From assembly GCA_964252035.1 (NCBI GenBank), contig OZ176200.1: a stretch of 64,000 nucleotides of DNA; one strand, written 5' to 3'. Origin of the DNA: Podarcis erhardii (lineage: Eukaryota). The position numbers were made by a program, and so were the translations under genes. How positions within the stretch are numbered: position 1 is the first letter of the stretch; each line of letters opens with the position of its first letter. Below the pieces are notes generated by a model, which saw only the letters and a program-made list of their open reading frames with translations, had not been told where the DNA came from and searched no databases. Below are positions 1 to 13,301 of the stretch, piece by piece.

Positions 1-2568
1 TTATGCTTAACCTCTTCCATGTCTACCATGAGGCCACCCCTCCCTTGGCCTCACTTCTGGTGCTGGAGTTCAGCTTGCAGGGGCACCTGTAAGATGACAG
101 GTACATTCTCAGGAAAATATCAGTGGGTGGGGATACAGTTAATGGTATTCACTGACTCACTCTGGAAAATACCCTCATGGTCACATTAGCCTTAGGAGGG
201 AAATAATAGAATTTGGAATCCTGTGTTTTCCTTGTGTAGGTTGGCCGCAACCATCTTGTACAATTTCGGTTTAGAAGCTATTCGTGTAAGTTGGTGGAAG
301 AGATGTCATTAGCTGACACAGAAATGCATGCCACATCACCTCTTTTTAAAGAAGCAATGAATTGAAAGAATTAATACTAATTGGAATGTGTGCCAAGACT
401 GACAACTATATCCACTCTGTTCCTAGCCTTCAAAGTGACATTACAAAGTGCTCCACAAATAAATAATAACTATATTTTCGTCCATTTCATTCACATATTT
501 GGGACATTTGCCAGCCTTTGAGACTTGCAGGCATCATTATTCATGAATTGCTGTGTTGTGGGAAGTAGCTTGCCATGGCGGGTGTGTTGTATGGGTATTT
601 ATGGCCATTTATAGCTCGACACTGGTTCACTTTCATGAAATCAGATGTACAGAACACCTTCTTTTGTTTGCCTTAAACCATACGGAATCTCCAAACGTTC
701 GGCCTCTGTCTCTCCTGCCATATAATATGTGAGTTAAAGTCTGCCCTATTTCATAGAAACCGTTGTAACAGTTAATGAAGTGTGACACATTTATGTCGTT
801 CTTTTCACTAAGTGTTACAATTTGTTGTTGCTTCAAGAAAAGAAGAACATAATACTAAACTGTTAAGCTGGTCAAAATGTGCCTCAAGAACCAGATGCAG
901 CACTCCCCAGCTAATTCAATTAAGTAGAGAGAGGGGCCATTGTATACATTGTGGCAACTTGTTGTCTCTCCCTCCCCTCTCTGCCCATGCTAGGACCAAA
1001 GGAACTTGTGAGGTAAAGGGTTGCTTGGCATAAGAAGAGTTTCTAGGGGACATAAACCAAGAGAAGAAAAGATAATCAGTCAAGTAGGCATTGGCCGTGA
1101 ACAACTGTAGGAAATAAATTCAAGCAGTAGCATCGTCTTAAATGAAAGGTGCAAAATGTACAGCTAGTTCCTGGGTTTCCCAGAAGACTTTCTTGGAGCG
1201 GTTCATAAATAGAATTTTTTTTTAGAGAAAAGAGGGGAAAGGTGTTGCTGATGAAGGAAGCTGTCTTCAGTTTATTGAATTCATTCATATATATAATTTT
1301 TAGAGAGAGAGATGTTTACAAACTTAAAAGAGAAACAAGGAAAGGGGAGTAGAGGAGAAAGGTAAGGAGTGGATGTCCTTACCAAGGATGCCAAAAGAGA
1401 TGGGCTGAGTTGTAAACAGGCATTTATATTCAGTTAGGGCCACAAGCACACCAACTTGCCCTGCAAGCCTTGTTTTCTGGCTGGCCAGACTGTACTTCCG
1501 TCAGCTTCAGGCCAAGAGCAACTGTTGGTTGCCATGGAGTATTCTTCTTTCTGGCAGGGAGGGGAGAAACCCGCTGCGGTGTAATCTCCAAGAGTGACCC
1601 TTGGCACTTTGAAATGGTCTTACAGGTGATGTCCTTATGGATGAAAGACACCCAAACGTTGCTATACTTTTACAAAGGGATGTTTTTGAGCAGAAAGAGA
1701 CTCCCCTCACCCCCCCCCCATGAAAGGGCCACATGTCTTCTATATAAGAAGACGAGTCTCCATAATAAAGGATTGAGTTGTGGAACAGGTCACTGGACTG
1801 GCATATTTTTGCAGCTGGATAATATTTTGTATAAGAATTTTCCCTATACAATTAAGGACCTAACTAAACAACTTGCATTTTGAATGATGGGACTGGATTT
1901 TTGTTTCTATTCTTCCTTTTTCTCTCTCTCTCTGTGTGTGTCACAGGTGAGTATCTATGGTGATGATTTTTGAATGTTTTGCTTTCCAAATCTGTCTTTT
2001 AGAGCACAGCTTCAGTCTTTCATAATTTTGACCGTTTCAAAGGAGTGTTGAAGGTTCTGCCTTTATCTCATGTTAATGTACCTTCAATAATTTTTGCTGA
2101 AGTAATAATTCTTAAAGATCTACCCCTGGATCATTATTCTCCATTTCCTTCACAAATGATAGATGAAAGATCAGATAGTTGGTTTTTTTTAATAGATAAT
2201 CTAATGCTTTCTGACAGTAGTTTTGGGTACATCATGGGCAATAGAAGGAAGTGATTCTCAGATTTATCTCTGATGGTGCTTCCTCTCTTTTGAGGTATCG
2301 TGATGGGCGTAACACATTTTCTAGGTTATCGTCATGCTACTTTTATAGAATCATAGAATGTTGCAGTCTGTAGTGTAATATGGATTATACTTGTCCCCAA
2401 AATGCAGAAAGCTATTAATGTAGATCTGGATCCCAAAGGGGCTTTGCAGCCCCTTCTCTAGTCTAGCGCCATTGTTTTATTTTTGCTTAATTAAAACAAA
2501 ATTCTTTAAATTTCTAAGTTATATGCAAGTTAACATTTTTCAGTTTTGTTAGAAGGACCTTGAGCAGT

Positions 2569-2873
2569 GGGAAGAGGCGTAGCTCACTGTTAAGAGCAAA
2601 ATATCCCAGGTTCAAGCCTGACTTCTGCAGGCAGTGCTAGGAAAGACTCCAGTCACTGGGAAATACTCCAGAGATTCACTGGCAGTTGGTGAACACTCAC
2701 CTTCCCCACCCTCTGATCCCAGATGCTGTTGGGCTACAGCTCTTACCATCCCCTGAGCACTTACTGGGGATGATGGGCATCATAGTCCAACAACACCTGA
2801 GGACTCAAAGTTAGGGAAGCCTGGTGTAGACTGAGATAGATGGAACAATGGTCTGACTTGGTGCAAGACAGCT
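2569..2873 (+). mobile_element. Degraded Squam3-like tRNA SINE with a nested URR1-like MITE
   Basis: Head GTAGCTCACTG...CCCAGGTTCAAGCC; tail CTGAGATAGATGGAACAATGGTCTGACTTGG. Confidence 0.55.
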
Positions 2874-5800
2874 ATCGTTCTCTGATATGGATGCATGTCT
2901 TTTGTTCACTCAATGTGTTAAGTCACCTTCCTGACTTGGGACAAGGATACTGAAGGACTGCTCATCTTTACATACACTAAGATCTTCCTTATTCCATACG
3001 TTGCTCTTTTATGTTGTTCTCATTTTGACCATCTTGATTTATTGTAAATTTAACTTTTGTTGGCCTCTTTTTTGGGGGGGGGGTGTTTGCAAGATGGAGC
3101 CCTGCAGCAGCTGCTACTTAATTTTTTTTAATTTATTTACTTAAGGGAGAGGAGCGGTGTTGAAAGCATAGGTGGAATTCAGCATAGTGCTAAGTGGGGT
3201 ATGTGGACAGGGAACAAAGTTTGTTTACATGACAAGTTCTCCCCTTTCTCCCCCCACCCCACCCCCCACCTGACACAGCACCTAAACCTGTTTCGTGGGT
3301 TTCTACAACCTTCCAGAGCAGATTTGCATGGGGCAGGTTGTGGGGCAGGTAGGGAGACAGGTTGTGTGAGCACAACTTAGTTGAATCCTGCCCCAAATGT
3401 TTAACCCCCATTGTGTTTAGTTTGGGTCTTCTTAAAGGTCCTGACTAGAGCTCTTCGAGCAAACAAACGAAGAAATCATGTAACTAAAATTTGTTGTTTA
3501 CTTCATCTACAGTGTGGTTGGTGCTGTTGATCCTAATATATATGTATGTTGCTTTTATTGGTGTGCATTGTATACATTAAAGTGTATCAGTATCTCCTGC
3601 GTGCATAACACAGTGGAAGATCTCCGGTGGCTAAGAACTTCAGGCATGTCAGGCATGCTGTTGATAAACTGCTCTATATATAAACAAAAGCATTCCAGTG
3701 TTTCGCATGTCATGACATCTGATATGACAGACTATTTGCGTCGCCCTCAACACTTCATGATTTTTTCAGGCGCTTCTCTTCATGCACCCTTCCTGGCTTT
3801 CCTGTGGGTCTGATCCTGCACCATGGGAGAAACCAAGGCTCTCTCCCGCCCCACTAAATGGGACAAAGTGGCCCTTTAGCAGACTTAAACTTTGTGCAGG
3901 GTTTAGGCAAATGTATCTGTAACTCTTCCATGCATGTTGAGTCACTGTTATTGAAGACATGCCATTTGAATCTTCTCTCTTTGGGAACTGTAGTGTCTGA
4001 AGCGCAAATAGGTGACTGCTTGGTGATATCGGCTTGCGAAATAATTTCTATTTGCTTTCTTTGTGAAACAATAGCTTCTTGGCACCTAAAGTTTAATCCT
4101 GAAATATTACTGCTGGAGCTCCTGGCAAGAGCCATCTTTAGGCTGCCTTCTGTCTAACACTTTCTGTAATAAGATTCTTGCTACATTTTTTTTCTAAAGC
4201 ACTTATATTTCTCTCTCCACAAGGACAGATCTTTTGATATTCTGCTGGGATTCTTCCTGGAAGGGGGAAGCGGAGGGGAAAGTGGCACCTGGTCTGTTTT
4301 CTTCCACTTGAGATGCTGAGACAACAAGTCCCCCCCCCCTAACTGGAAAACTCTCTCATATTAAAAGGTGACAGCCAGGTGGCTGCTGAACTCCCAGGTC
4401 TGATGGTATCGCTGCAAACATACAATACACGGATGCATAATTAATACATGGGTAGTGTGCATGTTTGCTAGGACCATCAAAAGGTTTACAGGCTTCCCCT
4501 TTCTCAACAATGTGTAAGCTTTCTCATGTCAGTAATAATTTTACCAGGTCTGTGACTGTATAATTCTCTTTGCATCATGTAAGTGATAAGATGAGTAAAC
4601 ATACTATTGCTTGTTCGCTGCTAATGCATGAGGAAGCCAAATGCCTTCAGAACCAGTTTTTTAAAAAACCGTTGGGGTTGGAGGGAAGCAGTGCCAAACA
4701 GTTGTATAATTTTACAAAGGTAGGTTTCTCTTGGAGGATGAACACATTTGTTTAGGCATTCTGTCATTTTGAAATCTTGGCATTTCAAGGAACCTATCAG
4801 TCACATCTCCCCACCTCCTTTCTTCTACTGCGCCCTCTTCCCATACTGTATGTTGCATGTAGCTGGGCAAATGTTACTCTGTGGAACCGGCAGCTGATCG
4901 TTCTGACAGGTCTCCTTAGTGGGAAAGCTGTTGAGTGATTATGATAAAATGGATCACAGCGTTTTGTTTGTGGGCTGGGCTTTGAATTATTGTAAGCATT
5001 TCACGTGTGGGTTGGGCTTTTATTACAAGCATGTGGCTTAGGGGTGGTGGTTGTGAATGAAAGCTGTCGTCGTTTGCTTTGCACCGAAGCTGTGATTAGT
5101 AGCAATGAGATTTCTCTTGGGCAACAGCCCAAGTGAGCGTTCCTCCCTTGGCGACTGGTAAAGGTAAGGTTTTTTGTGACAGGTTTCATAAGCTTTTATG
5201 GGTTTAATCAGCTTGAATCGTAATAAATGTGTTAAGGTGTCACTTTTGCTACAAAAGTCCAGTTTGGTTACTACTCTGCAAATTGAATAGGAAAAGTTTC
5301 CTTTCCCTCTCCTCCTAGAATTGGGTTAAAATTACCCTCAAACTATGTTTCATCTTCTCCAGATTTCTTCCTTTTTCTCTAACAATTGACATGCTGACTT
5401 TGTCCTTTGATTTTGTGTGTGTGTTGCCAGATGGGAGTAGAAACTGTATTTAAATTATTTTTGGTGGTGACGAGAGTGAACGCTCAGGGATATCCAATCA
5501 AACCTCTGCTTTTCTATGAGCTCATGAGGTAGCTTTAGGCATTGCTACTGCTCCATGAGCATCAGCCCCCCATTTGCAAGATGGGGATAATAATTATATG
5601 CCTCCTATAGAGCTGTTGTAAGCATCAATGGTCATAATGCATGCAAAGTGTTCTAAAAGTGCTCAGTGGTCTAGTTTTCAATACTGTCTTGATGGTTTAC
5701 GTTTCATGTCACACAGATCGTTACTTAGATTCCAGACAATGTTGGAAAGCAGGCAAGGTCTCAGTTCAGTTGTGTGGACTTTCAAGCTCCTCTGACAAAA

Positions 5801-6588
5801 AGCAGGTGTTCTTTTCTTAGACAGGTACAGATAGATGCATTTGTGTGTGTTTGTGGCTGAAAGATTAGTGATTCCCCCCCCCCCCGCCCCTCACTGATAG
5901 ATCCAATTCTGATGCCAGTGGATTGATAGCATGTTTTAGTGAAGAACACACAGGAGAGGCATGTGTTGAGTTAAAAACTTCGACTTGAAGTTAGGCAAAT
6001 TGAAGGGAGTGTCTGGGAAAAACTGACTCGCCTAAAGCTGTGGTAACAGGTATGACTAGAAAAAGATGCCGAGCCAGTAATATTACCTTATTAATCTGGA
6101 GCCGAATGCACAGTACTGTTGGTTGCATTTTAAAAGAGTTATATCTGCTTCTGTGTTTTCAGTTAAATTCAAAAGGCTGAGGTGATTCTCCCCTCTCCTC
6201 CATATTGGGGGAAGGAAAATTAGCTTCAGAACACATCTGCTTGCACTGTTCTGAGTGAGGTAAATGTATGACATGGGTTCTGAAAAGCAGAGGGTGCAGC
6301 AGGTGAACTGTGTGCTACATTGGCTGCATGAGGTTTTTCTTCTCCTTAGATCGAAGGGTTGCAGCTGCTGACTATGTGGATTGGAGGCCTGTGTGCCCCA
6401 TCACAAGCCTCTCCAAAACAGGTTTTAAGGCATTGAAAGAAATCCTGCCTCCTCCGCCCTGCCAAACAACACAATAATTTGCATGCCCTTACACAACCAC
6501 AGTGGCAACCTCTTTTTGTAGATTGGCTTTTATTTATGTGGTCTTCATAAATAGCACCGTTGTGGATCACTAAAATCACATCGCTTCA

Positions 6589-6910
6589 TTAGAGTGTGGT
6601 GCTGATAACACCAGGGTTGCAGCTTTGACCCCTTTATGGGACAGCTGCAGATTTCTGCATTGCAGGGAGTTGGACTAGACCAGGGGTAGTCAACCTTTTT
6701 ATACCTACTGCCCACTAATGCATCTTTCTTGATGGTAAAATTTCCTTACCGCCCACCAGTGCTCTATGGAAGGAGGATTCAGCTTGTGCCGCAGAACCCC
6801 CCACCGCCCACCTAGAATCCTGAAACGCCCACTAGTGGGCGGTAGGGACCAGGTTGACAACCCCTGGATGGACTAGATGGTCCTAAGGGTCTCTTCCAGT
6901 TCTATGATTC
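6589..6910 (+). mobile_element. 5'-truncated tRNA-Ile/CR1-tail SINE split by a hAT MITE
   Basis: TTAGAGTGTGGTGCTGATAACACCAGGGTTGCAG...TGCATTGCAGGGAGTTGGACTAGA, then the insertion, then TGGACTAGATGGTCCTAAGGGTCTCTTCCAGTTCTATGATTC. Confidence 0.75.
6681..6866. mobile_element. hAT-type MITE, 186 bp
   Basis: 16-bp TIRs CAGGGGTAGTCAACCT / AGGTTGACAACCCCTG (1 mismatch); TGGACTAGA is repeated on both sides (6671-6679, 6869-6877). Confidence 0.8.
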
Positions 6911-7216
6911 ATGCAACTGTGATGAGCTTGTTCTTGTTGAGATATGGGGGGGGGGCTTCTGCTTGGTTTTTTGTACCCCTTTCTCCTACCCATGTGGCAA
7001 GTAGCTTCAGCCCCCTAGTTCATGTAGTGAACAGCTTCCTTCCAGCACCACCTGATTTTTGGAATGTATGCTGTACACTTGCGTCCTACTAGCTCATGGG
7101 AAACACTGCTGGTAAATGATTTCTAGGTATAGCACAAAGATTCCCAAATGTAAGTTGCATATGACAAGTGCAAAGAGAATGTTGCTGTTGAGGCTACCAC
7201 AGATGTTTGTGCACTT

Positions 7217-7345
7217 AATAATAATATTTATATGCCACCTATCTGACTGAGTTGCCCCAGCCACTCTGGGCAGCTTCCAGCAAATTAAAACACCAAACAT
7301 CATACATTTAAAAGCTTCCCTTAAAAAGACTGCCTTCAGATGTGT
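7217..7345 (-). mobile_element. L2-type 3' end, minus strand
   Basis: The minus strand reads GCTGCCCAGAGTGGCTGGGGCAACTCAGTCAGATAGGTGGCATATAAATATTATTATTA. Confidence 0.5.
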
Positions 7346-9675
7346 TCTTTCCTCTCCCTCACTGATTGTGAATTCCTTTTATTTTACAAGCACAAGAATG
7401 GCTAGCATGATATTAGCATCATTTATAGGCATTTCATATGTGCTAGGTGCTGTACAGAAGGGTGTTGTTGTTTTTAACAGTCTAAAAACATCTGAATTGT
7501 GCTCAGCTTCAACCAATGTCCTGGCAATATGAAATTAAATATTAAATCAATTAAAGCAAGGAAAACTGTTTGTTTCTCATCACTTTGCAATTAAATAACC
7601 TGATCTTAAATGCTTACTCAGTGCTTCAGAAGTGTGTGACAAAAAGTTCTGAGACAACACAAAAAATATTCAGTCTTGTTTCTTGCTCTTCTAAAGTTGA
7701 GGAATCCTGAAACTACATAAGGTTGAAAAAGTTACAAAGTGCTTTTTCACTCCGCAGAGACAGGTGACAGTCTTCCCAATCCATTCATCTGCCCCACATG
7801 TTGGGATTTTGAAACACTGTCTCCTTCTAGTCATTAACCGTTGGGTTTTCTAGCATTCGGGTTCTTTCTCTAGGCAATATGAAGTTGCTACATATCCCAT
7901 GGAAAGTAATTGTTAACAAGCTGCAGCAGGAACACCCTTTGCATAACTAACTTTCCTACAGGGGAAACTTATCTGCATTAATTGGAAAGGTGGATCCTTG
8001 CAGGCACTATGCAGTTCTGCCCAAATAAACAGGTTTCATTCAGATTAATATTCTCTGTGGAATGTAAAACTGAGACATGTTTTGTCATAGCAAGCTTGAA
8101 AAGTGATGATTTCTGGTCTCTAAGTGTGTTTCTGAGCACAGTTCAAACTCTAAGCACTGCTTGTTACCAATTAAACCCTATATGATTTGGATCCAGGATA
8201 CTTGAACTCCCATGACTCTGCCAACCAGTTAGGATCTTCTGGAAGGCCTCTCATTTGGGTCCTGTGTGGAAGCAAACTTAGGCTAGAACCCTTCAGCTGC
8301 TCTTCTAGATTTTTATATGAAAGGATTCCTTCCCTACTTAATCACAAGAGCCTCTCCCCCATATGAAGTGGTATAGCCCAAATCAGATCCTTCCTCAATG
8401 AGAACTAGTCAACTGTTACTATTTTAAAAAGATTATGATGCTGCCATTCCCAGATGAGCTTCGGGTGCAGAGTCAATTTTATAGGCACTGGAAATAGGCT
8501 GTGATGCTGCTGGCATCTAGGTAACTCTAATTTTGGAGATTCCGAACATGGCTTCAGTGTTTAGGTGAAGTTGTTCCTGTCAGGCCACCCAATTAAGGGC
8601 AATCTTGTTACATCAAACCATAGAGAGATTTCTCTATGGTTCATCAATTTAGCAATCTGAATCAGCATAGGGTGCTGGGGTGGTTGGTTTCATGAAATAA
8701 TGGATAATCGGGGAGGGATGATCTACTTTTTCTAAGACTGTTTTGGCATTTCTGGCTAGCGGTTACTATGCCTAACAAGGGAGTCAGCTAGAATGGTAAA
8801 GAAAAAGCGATTTATATGTGTTGTTTTCCCTGTTTATATTTACAATGCTTTTAACTGAAGCCCTTCTTTGTGTCTAGATCCAGCCAAGAAATGTGGGGAG
8901 ATCCTTTTTGGATAAATCCCTGGAGAGAATGCAACATAAATGCTTAGATTCTAGATGAGGAGAACTAAACCCACAAACCGGTGACCGGAATCAATATAGG
9001 ATAGCTTCCTGTGTTCCCATGTTAGAGTAGACATCGGAGTTTTCTGACTGATAATGAAGTGTTCAGGAGCATTTAGGAAAAGCCTTACATAAGCATCATT
9101 TCTTAAATGAGTATAGATTGCTTCTTGATGAAGAGGAAGGGAAGAAAGTGTAGCAAAGTAACATTAATTATTAGAATGCACATCTACAGGAGATGCAAGA
9201 CCCTTTAAAAATATTATTTCAGCCCCAATTCTTTCAGAGAAAGCTACAAACTTAGTTTCAGTCTTGGTTCCTAAAATGAACTTCAAATCTGCTTGTGGGC
9301 AGCAGTCTTAAAACAAGAGGTTCTGTTTAGGAATGTCAGACTTCCGGCCAAAATCATTTTGCTGGCTCCACCACCTGAAGAGCTCTCAGAATCTGTGTTG
9401 AACAAGTCTGGGAGAGCCGAAAAACATCAAAGAACTCCAGTTAGCTATTGGCAGGTGCTGTGAACTGAAATATGTGAAGCTATTAAAACAAGGTTTTAGA
9501 GAGCATGCATGTAACTATACAACAAAATCTGCATTGATACATATATATTTTAAGAAAATAAATCAGTGGTCAGATTGTTCAGTTCAGCACATTCTCTTTT
9601 TAAACATCACTTTTCATCCTTTTGGAAAGTAAAAGAGAAACTAAAAGAAGGTGGTAACATGCTGAAGTTCCAGTG

Positions 9676-9861
9676 CAGGCATGTCCAAAGCCCGTTTTGA
9701 GGGCCTAATCCGGCCTGCCGGTCGATTTAATCTGGTTGGTTCCCGCAGCAGTATATGTCCTGGGGTAAAATTGTAAAAAAAGCTCAACAACTTCAATCCT
9801 AACAAAAGCATGTTCACTTCATCAAATCTGGTCCTCTTTCGAAAAGGTTTGGGCACCCCTG
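9676..9861. mobile_element. hAT (Charlie/MER3-like) MITE
   Basis: Imperfect TIRs CAGGCATGTCCAAA / TTTGGGCACCCCTG; 8-bp flanks TTCCAGTG / TTGTAGTG (6/8 match). Confidence 0.7.
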
Positions 9862-10880
9862 TTGTAGTGCAACTGGCAGAAGTGTATGTAAGATAAGGGC
9901 AAGGGCAGCTGTTCCCAGTAGCCACTAGTAAGTACCTGCTCTCTAACATATCATTGCACAATACCCCAGTCTCTGAGAGGTGCAAGATTCCAGTGGTTCT
10001 AGGTGCTTACTCAGGGTTCAGTTTCCTCAGAATGAGAGACAGTGAAGACTGTGGTGACTTTATGATATATGACTTATTTACTCATATATACAAACTGAGC
10101 TTATGGTGTAGGGGCTCACAGCATTAACAGCCCAAGAGGGTATTTCTTCTCCCATAGCTACAGCCTCATAGTCAACTATGCCCCCCCACCCTACATCTTC
10201 TGTCTGGCACAGAGCCACTTCCTTTGTTACCTTAATGGCCCATACTTACAGAGTCATTACGAAGAAACTTTATTTGGCTATTTCAACAATTTGAATCTTT
10301 GCTTAGATTTTAACCCTTGCTGGATCCAGGAATTAGTAGGGACTCAGGCATACAGCTGTATTTACACTCTGAACAAAGCTGGGTGCATGGGAAGATATTT
10401 TGTATAGGGCTCTTCCTTTGTCATGCTGCTTCCATAGTTTCCTAGAGTAACATAAATATGTAGTAATTTTGTTTTTTCAAGTATTTGTAGAGGTATCAAG
10501 CTTTCAGGAGTACTGTATACTGTTACACTAGGAAGACTTTCAATTAAAAATAAAAACTTTTGATTGGTCAAGGAAAATGGACTGTGGAATAGAGAATTGG
10601 ATTGGATTGGGCATCTAGACCTTTTTCATGAAGTAGAATCATCTAGCAAGAAAGAAATGCCATTTTTTTAAAAAATATGGGAAAAGTCACATGATACAGT
10701 TCTGTTAGTTTGCCTTTTATGTTTAATGCTGTGTAAAATATTCACAGAGTTCTATGGAAGGTTAAAGGATAACTTCAGAGACATAATTCCTGAGGGGTAG
10801 CCGGTTGGAACAGAAATCAACCAAGAGTTCTTTAACATCTTTTAACTGTTGATTTTTTGGGAGGGGGGGAATAGACTCTC

Positions 10881-11033
10881 ATGAGAGGTGGTGAACTCTC
10901 CTTCTGGGAGGTTTTTAAGCAGAGGTTGGGTGCCCATTTGTCATGGATGCTGTAGTTGAGATGCCTTCATTGTGGGGATTGGACTAGATGACCCCCCCCC
11001 GCCCCCCTTCCAACTCTAGGATTCTGTGATTCT
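10881..11033 (+). mobile_element. CR1-type LINE 3' end
   Basis: GAGAGGTGGTGAACTCTCCTTC...GTTTTTAAGCAGAGGTTGG...TTGGACTAGATGACC...CCTTCCAACTCTAGGATTCTGTGATTCT. Confidence 0.7.
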
Positions 11034-11385
11034 GTTGTGTTCTAAGCTGTTTTGTATTGCACTCCTGTTTTTCAAGCTGCAAAGGGGAGCTACTAGCTTC
11101 AGGACTGGGTTAGGCTTGTGAAACTCCCTGACCTGCTCTATGGTGTCTCTCTCACCCACTCTGCCCATTCTCTTCTTCAGCCCCACCACTTAACTTTGCT
11201 GCTTACTTCTGAGGCTTCCCTCACGCCTCCATTTACTCTCTCACACCTGTGTGGATGCGTGTTGAGAAAATGGTGTCAGTTTCACTTATGCCACTTTCCT
11301 TCACTTGTCCCCCTTCTGTGTTATCCTAAAAAAACAGACAAACCAGGCAAGGTTGGACCTTTAACGGAAAGCATTCTTTCTGCTT

Positions 11386-12233
11386 TTTTTTTTTTTTTGT
11401 AAATAAATTTTTATTGGTTTTACAATTTCAACTTCAACAATTATTTTCCATAAAAAAGAATGAGAAATACAAAATATCCAACATGAAGTATAAGAACTAA
11501 AATAAAAAAATAAAAAGCATCATTTCGGAGGTTCTCTTTAACCTTCTGACTTCCCTCCATTTCCTTTCCTGGTTCATTGAATATATATATTTTCTGCATA
11601 ATTATACTTAAACCTCTTTTTTCTTATCCTTATTATTTTATCCTAATTACATACAATCATTTTTTATTGTTTCAGTTCAAATTTCCTTCCATAAACTTTA
11701 CCTTATTTTAATTACAGTGGTACCTCGGGTTACAAACACTTCGGGTTACAGACTCTGCTAACCCGGAAGTAGTACCTCGGGTTAAGAACTTTACCTCAGG
11801 ATGAGAACAGAAATCGTGTGGTGGCAACAGGCAGCCCCATTAGCTAAAGTGGTACCTCAGGTTAAGAACAGTGTCAGGTTAAGAGTGGACCTCTGGAACA
11901 AATTAAGTTCGTAACCCGAGGTACCACTGTACTTGCAAGTGTTTAGTCAAAGCCTGCCAAAGTTTCTACTTGTTTACAGTATTTTTGCACATATACAATA
12001 AATGCCTCCCATTCTTTTTTAAATCTCTGTGTCGTCTCTGAGCTTTTCTGTAAGTTTTGCCATTTCTGCGTAGTCCGTCGTTTTCAATTGCCATTCTTCT
12101 ATTGTTGGTATCTTATCTTCCTTCCACCTTTGGGCTAGTAGGATCCAGGTTGCTGTTGTTGCTTACATAAACAGTTTTTTCTTTTCCTTCAGGATTTGGT
12201 TTTCTGTTATTCCTAGTAAAAAATGCTTCTGGT
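11386..12233 (-). mobile_element. L1-clade LINE 3' end with poly(A) tail and a 16-bp TSD, interrupted by a MITE
   Basis: Poly(T) at about 11384-11398. The minus strand translates PEAFLLGI...KLFM*ATTATWILLAQRWKEDKIPTIEEWQ...YAEMAKLT. TSD is AGCATTC(T/C)TTCTGCTT at 11370-11385 and 12234-12249. Confidence 0.8.
11715..11929 (+). mobile_element. Tc1/mariner (Tigger/pogo-like) MITE, 215 bp
   Basis: Perfect 19-bp TIRs CAGTGGTACCTCGGGTTAC / GTAACCCGAGGTACCACTG with a TA duplication on both sides. Confidence 0.9.
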
Positions 12234-13203
12234 AGCATTCCTTCTGCTTAATGGCCTTCCTATCCAGTAGGGCTTTGGGGCAAGTATTTTTTTAATTTTT
12301 TTTAAAAGGTTCCTGTACTGAATTGTTTTCACTACTCAGAAGTGCCCAATTTGTATTTAAATTTCCTCTATTTTTAGTGACTTCGGGTCTTCCCAGAGCA
12401 GGGCTTAACCTTGTTAAAGGTTCATTGAGATACTGCAAATGGGCTGCTGGCAACAGTTGTTTAAGAAAAATACTGGATTTCTGGGGTGCAGGTGGTTTTT
12501 ATAATAATGGTGTCATGTGGATTTGTTGTATTATATTTGTCATTTGTTGTATTACATTCCCTTTTAAAAAAAGTTCAAGGTGGTTAACAGTTTAAATTAT
12601 TTGATTGAACTGTTTCCCTCTACAGAAATTTTAGAAATAAGTTGGGAATGGGGGTAGGTAGCCCTAGCAGTTTCTTAATTTTTTTAATTGTTTGTCAGGA
12701 TGTTCATGTGTAGAGTCAAAAAGCACTTTCCCAGCCTTGTAGATTAGTTCATGGTGCATTCGGATTTCTACAGCTGTACCCTTAGAAAACTTTTAAAATT
12801 TGCATAAAAGGGAGTTCCCCAGCATTTGTAGGATGAAAATTTGCTGGGATATTTAACAATCTGAGAGCAGGAGGATCTGTAGCTCTGTGATTGGCTCATG
12901 TAGATTTGGCTCTGTAGCTCTTCCAGGTGATGATACTGCTTGTCAGTTTTACTAAAGGATATATGGCGCTGCTTTTATTCTTACATAGTTGTGGTGAGAT
13001 GTGGATTACTCGGGATCTTTGTTCCCACTTAAAAATGGAAGGGTAAGAACTACTAATTTCACTTCAGTCAATGACACAAATAAAATTGCTCCTAAAAATG
13101 TGGTGCTCTTTGTCAGCAGTTGGTTAAGCTAATATGTTAGAATTGATGGCAGACTGATGTTGATGTGATCTGATAAGGTGAACTTTCTCTCCCTCCTTTT
13201 TAG

Positions 13204-13301
13204 ACCAAGAAAACAAGTCCTGGAGAAGCTAGAAAACATGGCTTCTGATGCTAGCCATATGCTTGAAGCTGCTCTAGAGCAAATGGATGATATCATTGCA
13301 G
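13204..13301 (+). CDS. PPFIBP2: PPFIBP2 start-codon exon (5' UTR 13204-13237; ATG 13238; MASDASHMLEAALEQMDDIIA + G, phase 1 end)
   Basis: Pyrimidine tract + TAG acceptor at 13201-13203, strong Kozak aacATGG, donor G|GTATTG at 13302. Confidence 0.95.

Noticed and set aside
1958-2100. C/D snoRNA-like GTGATGA ... CTGA
   Set aside because: The boxes are about 130 nt apart, with no terminal stem and no recognisable guide.
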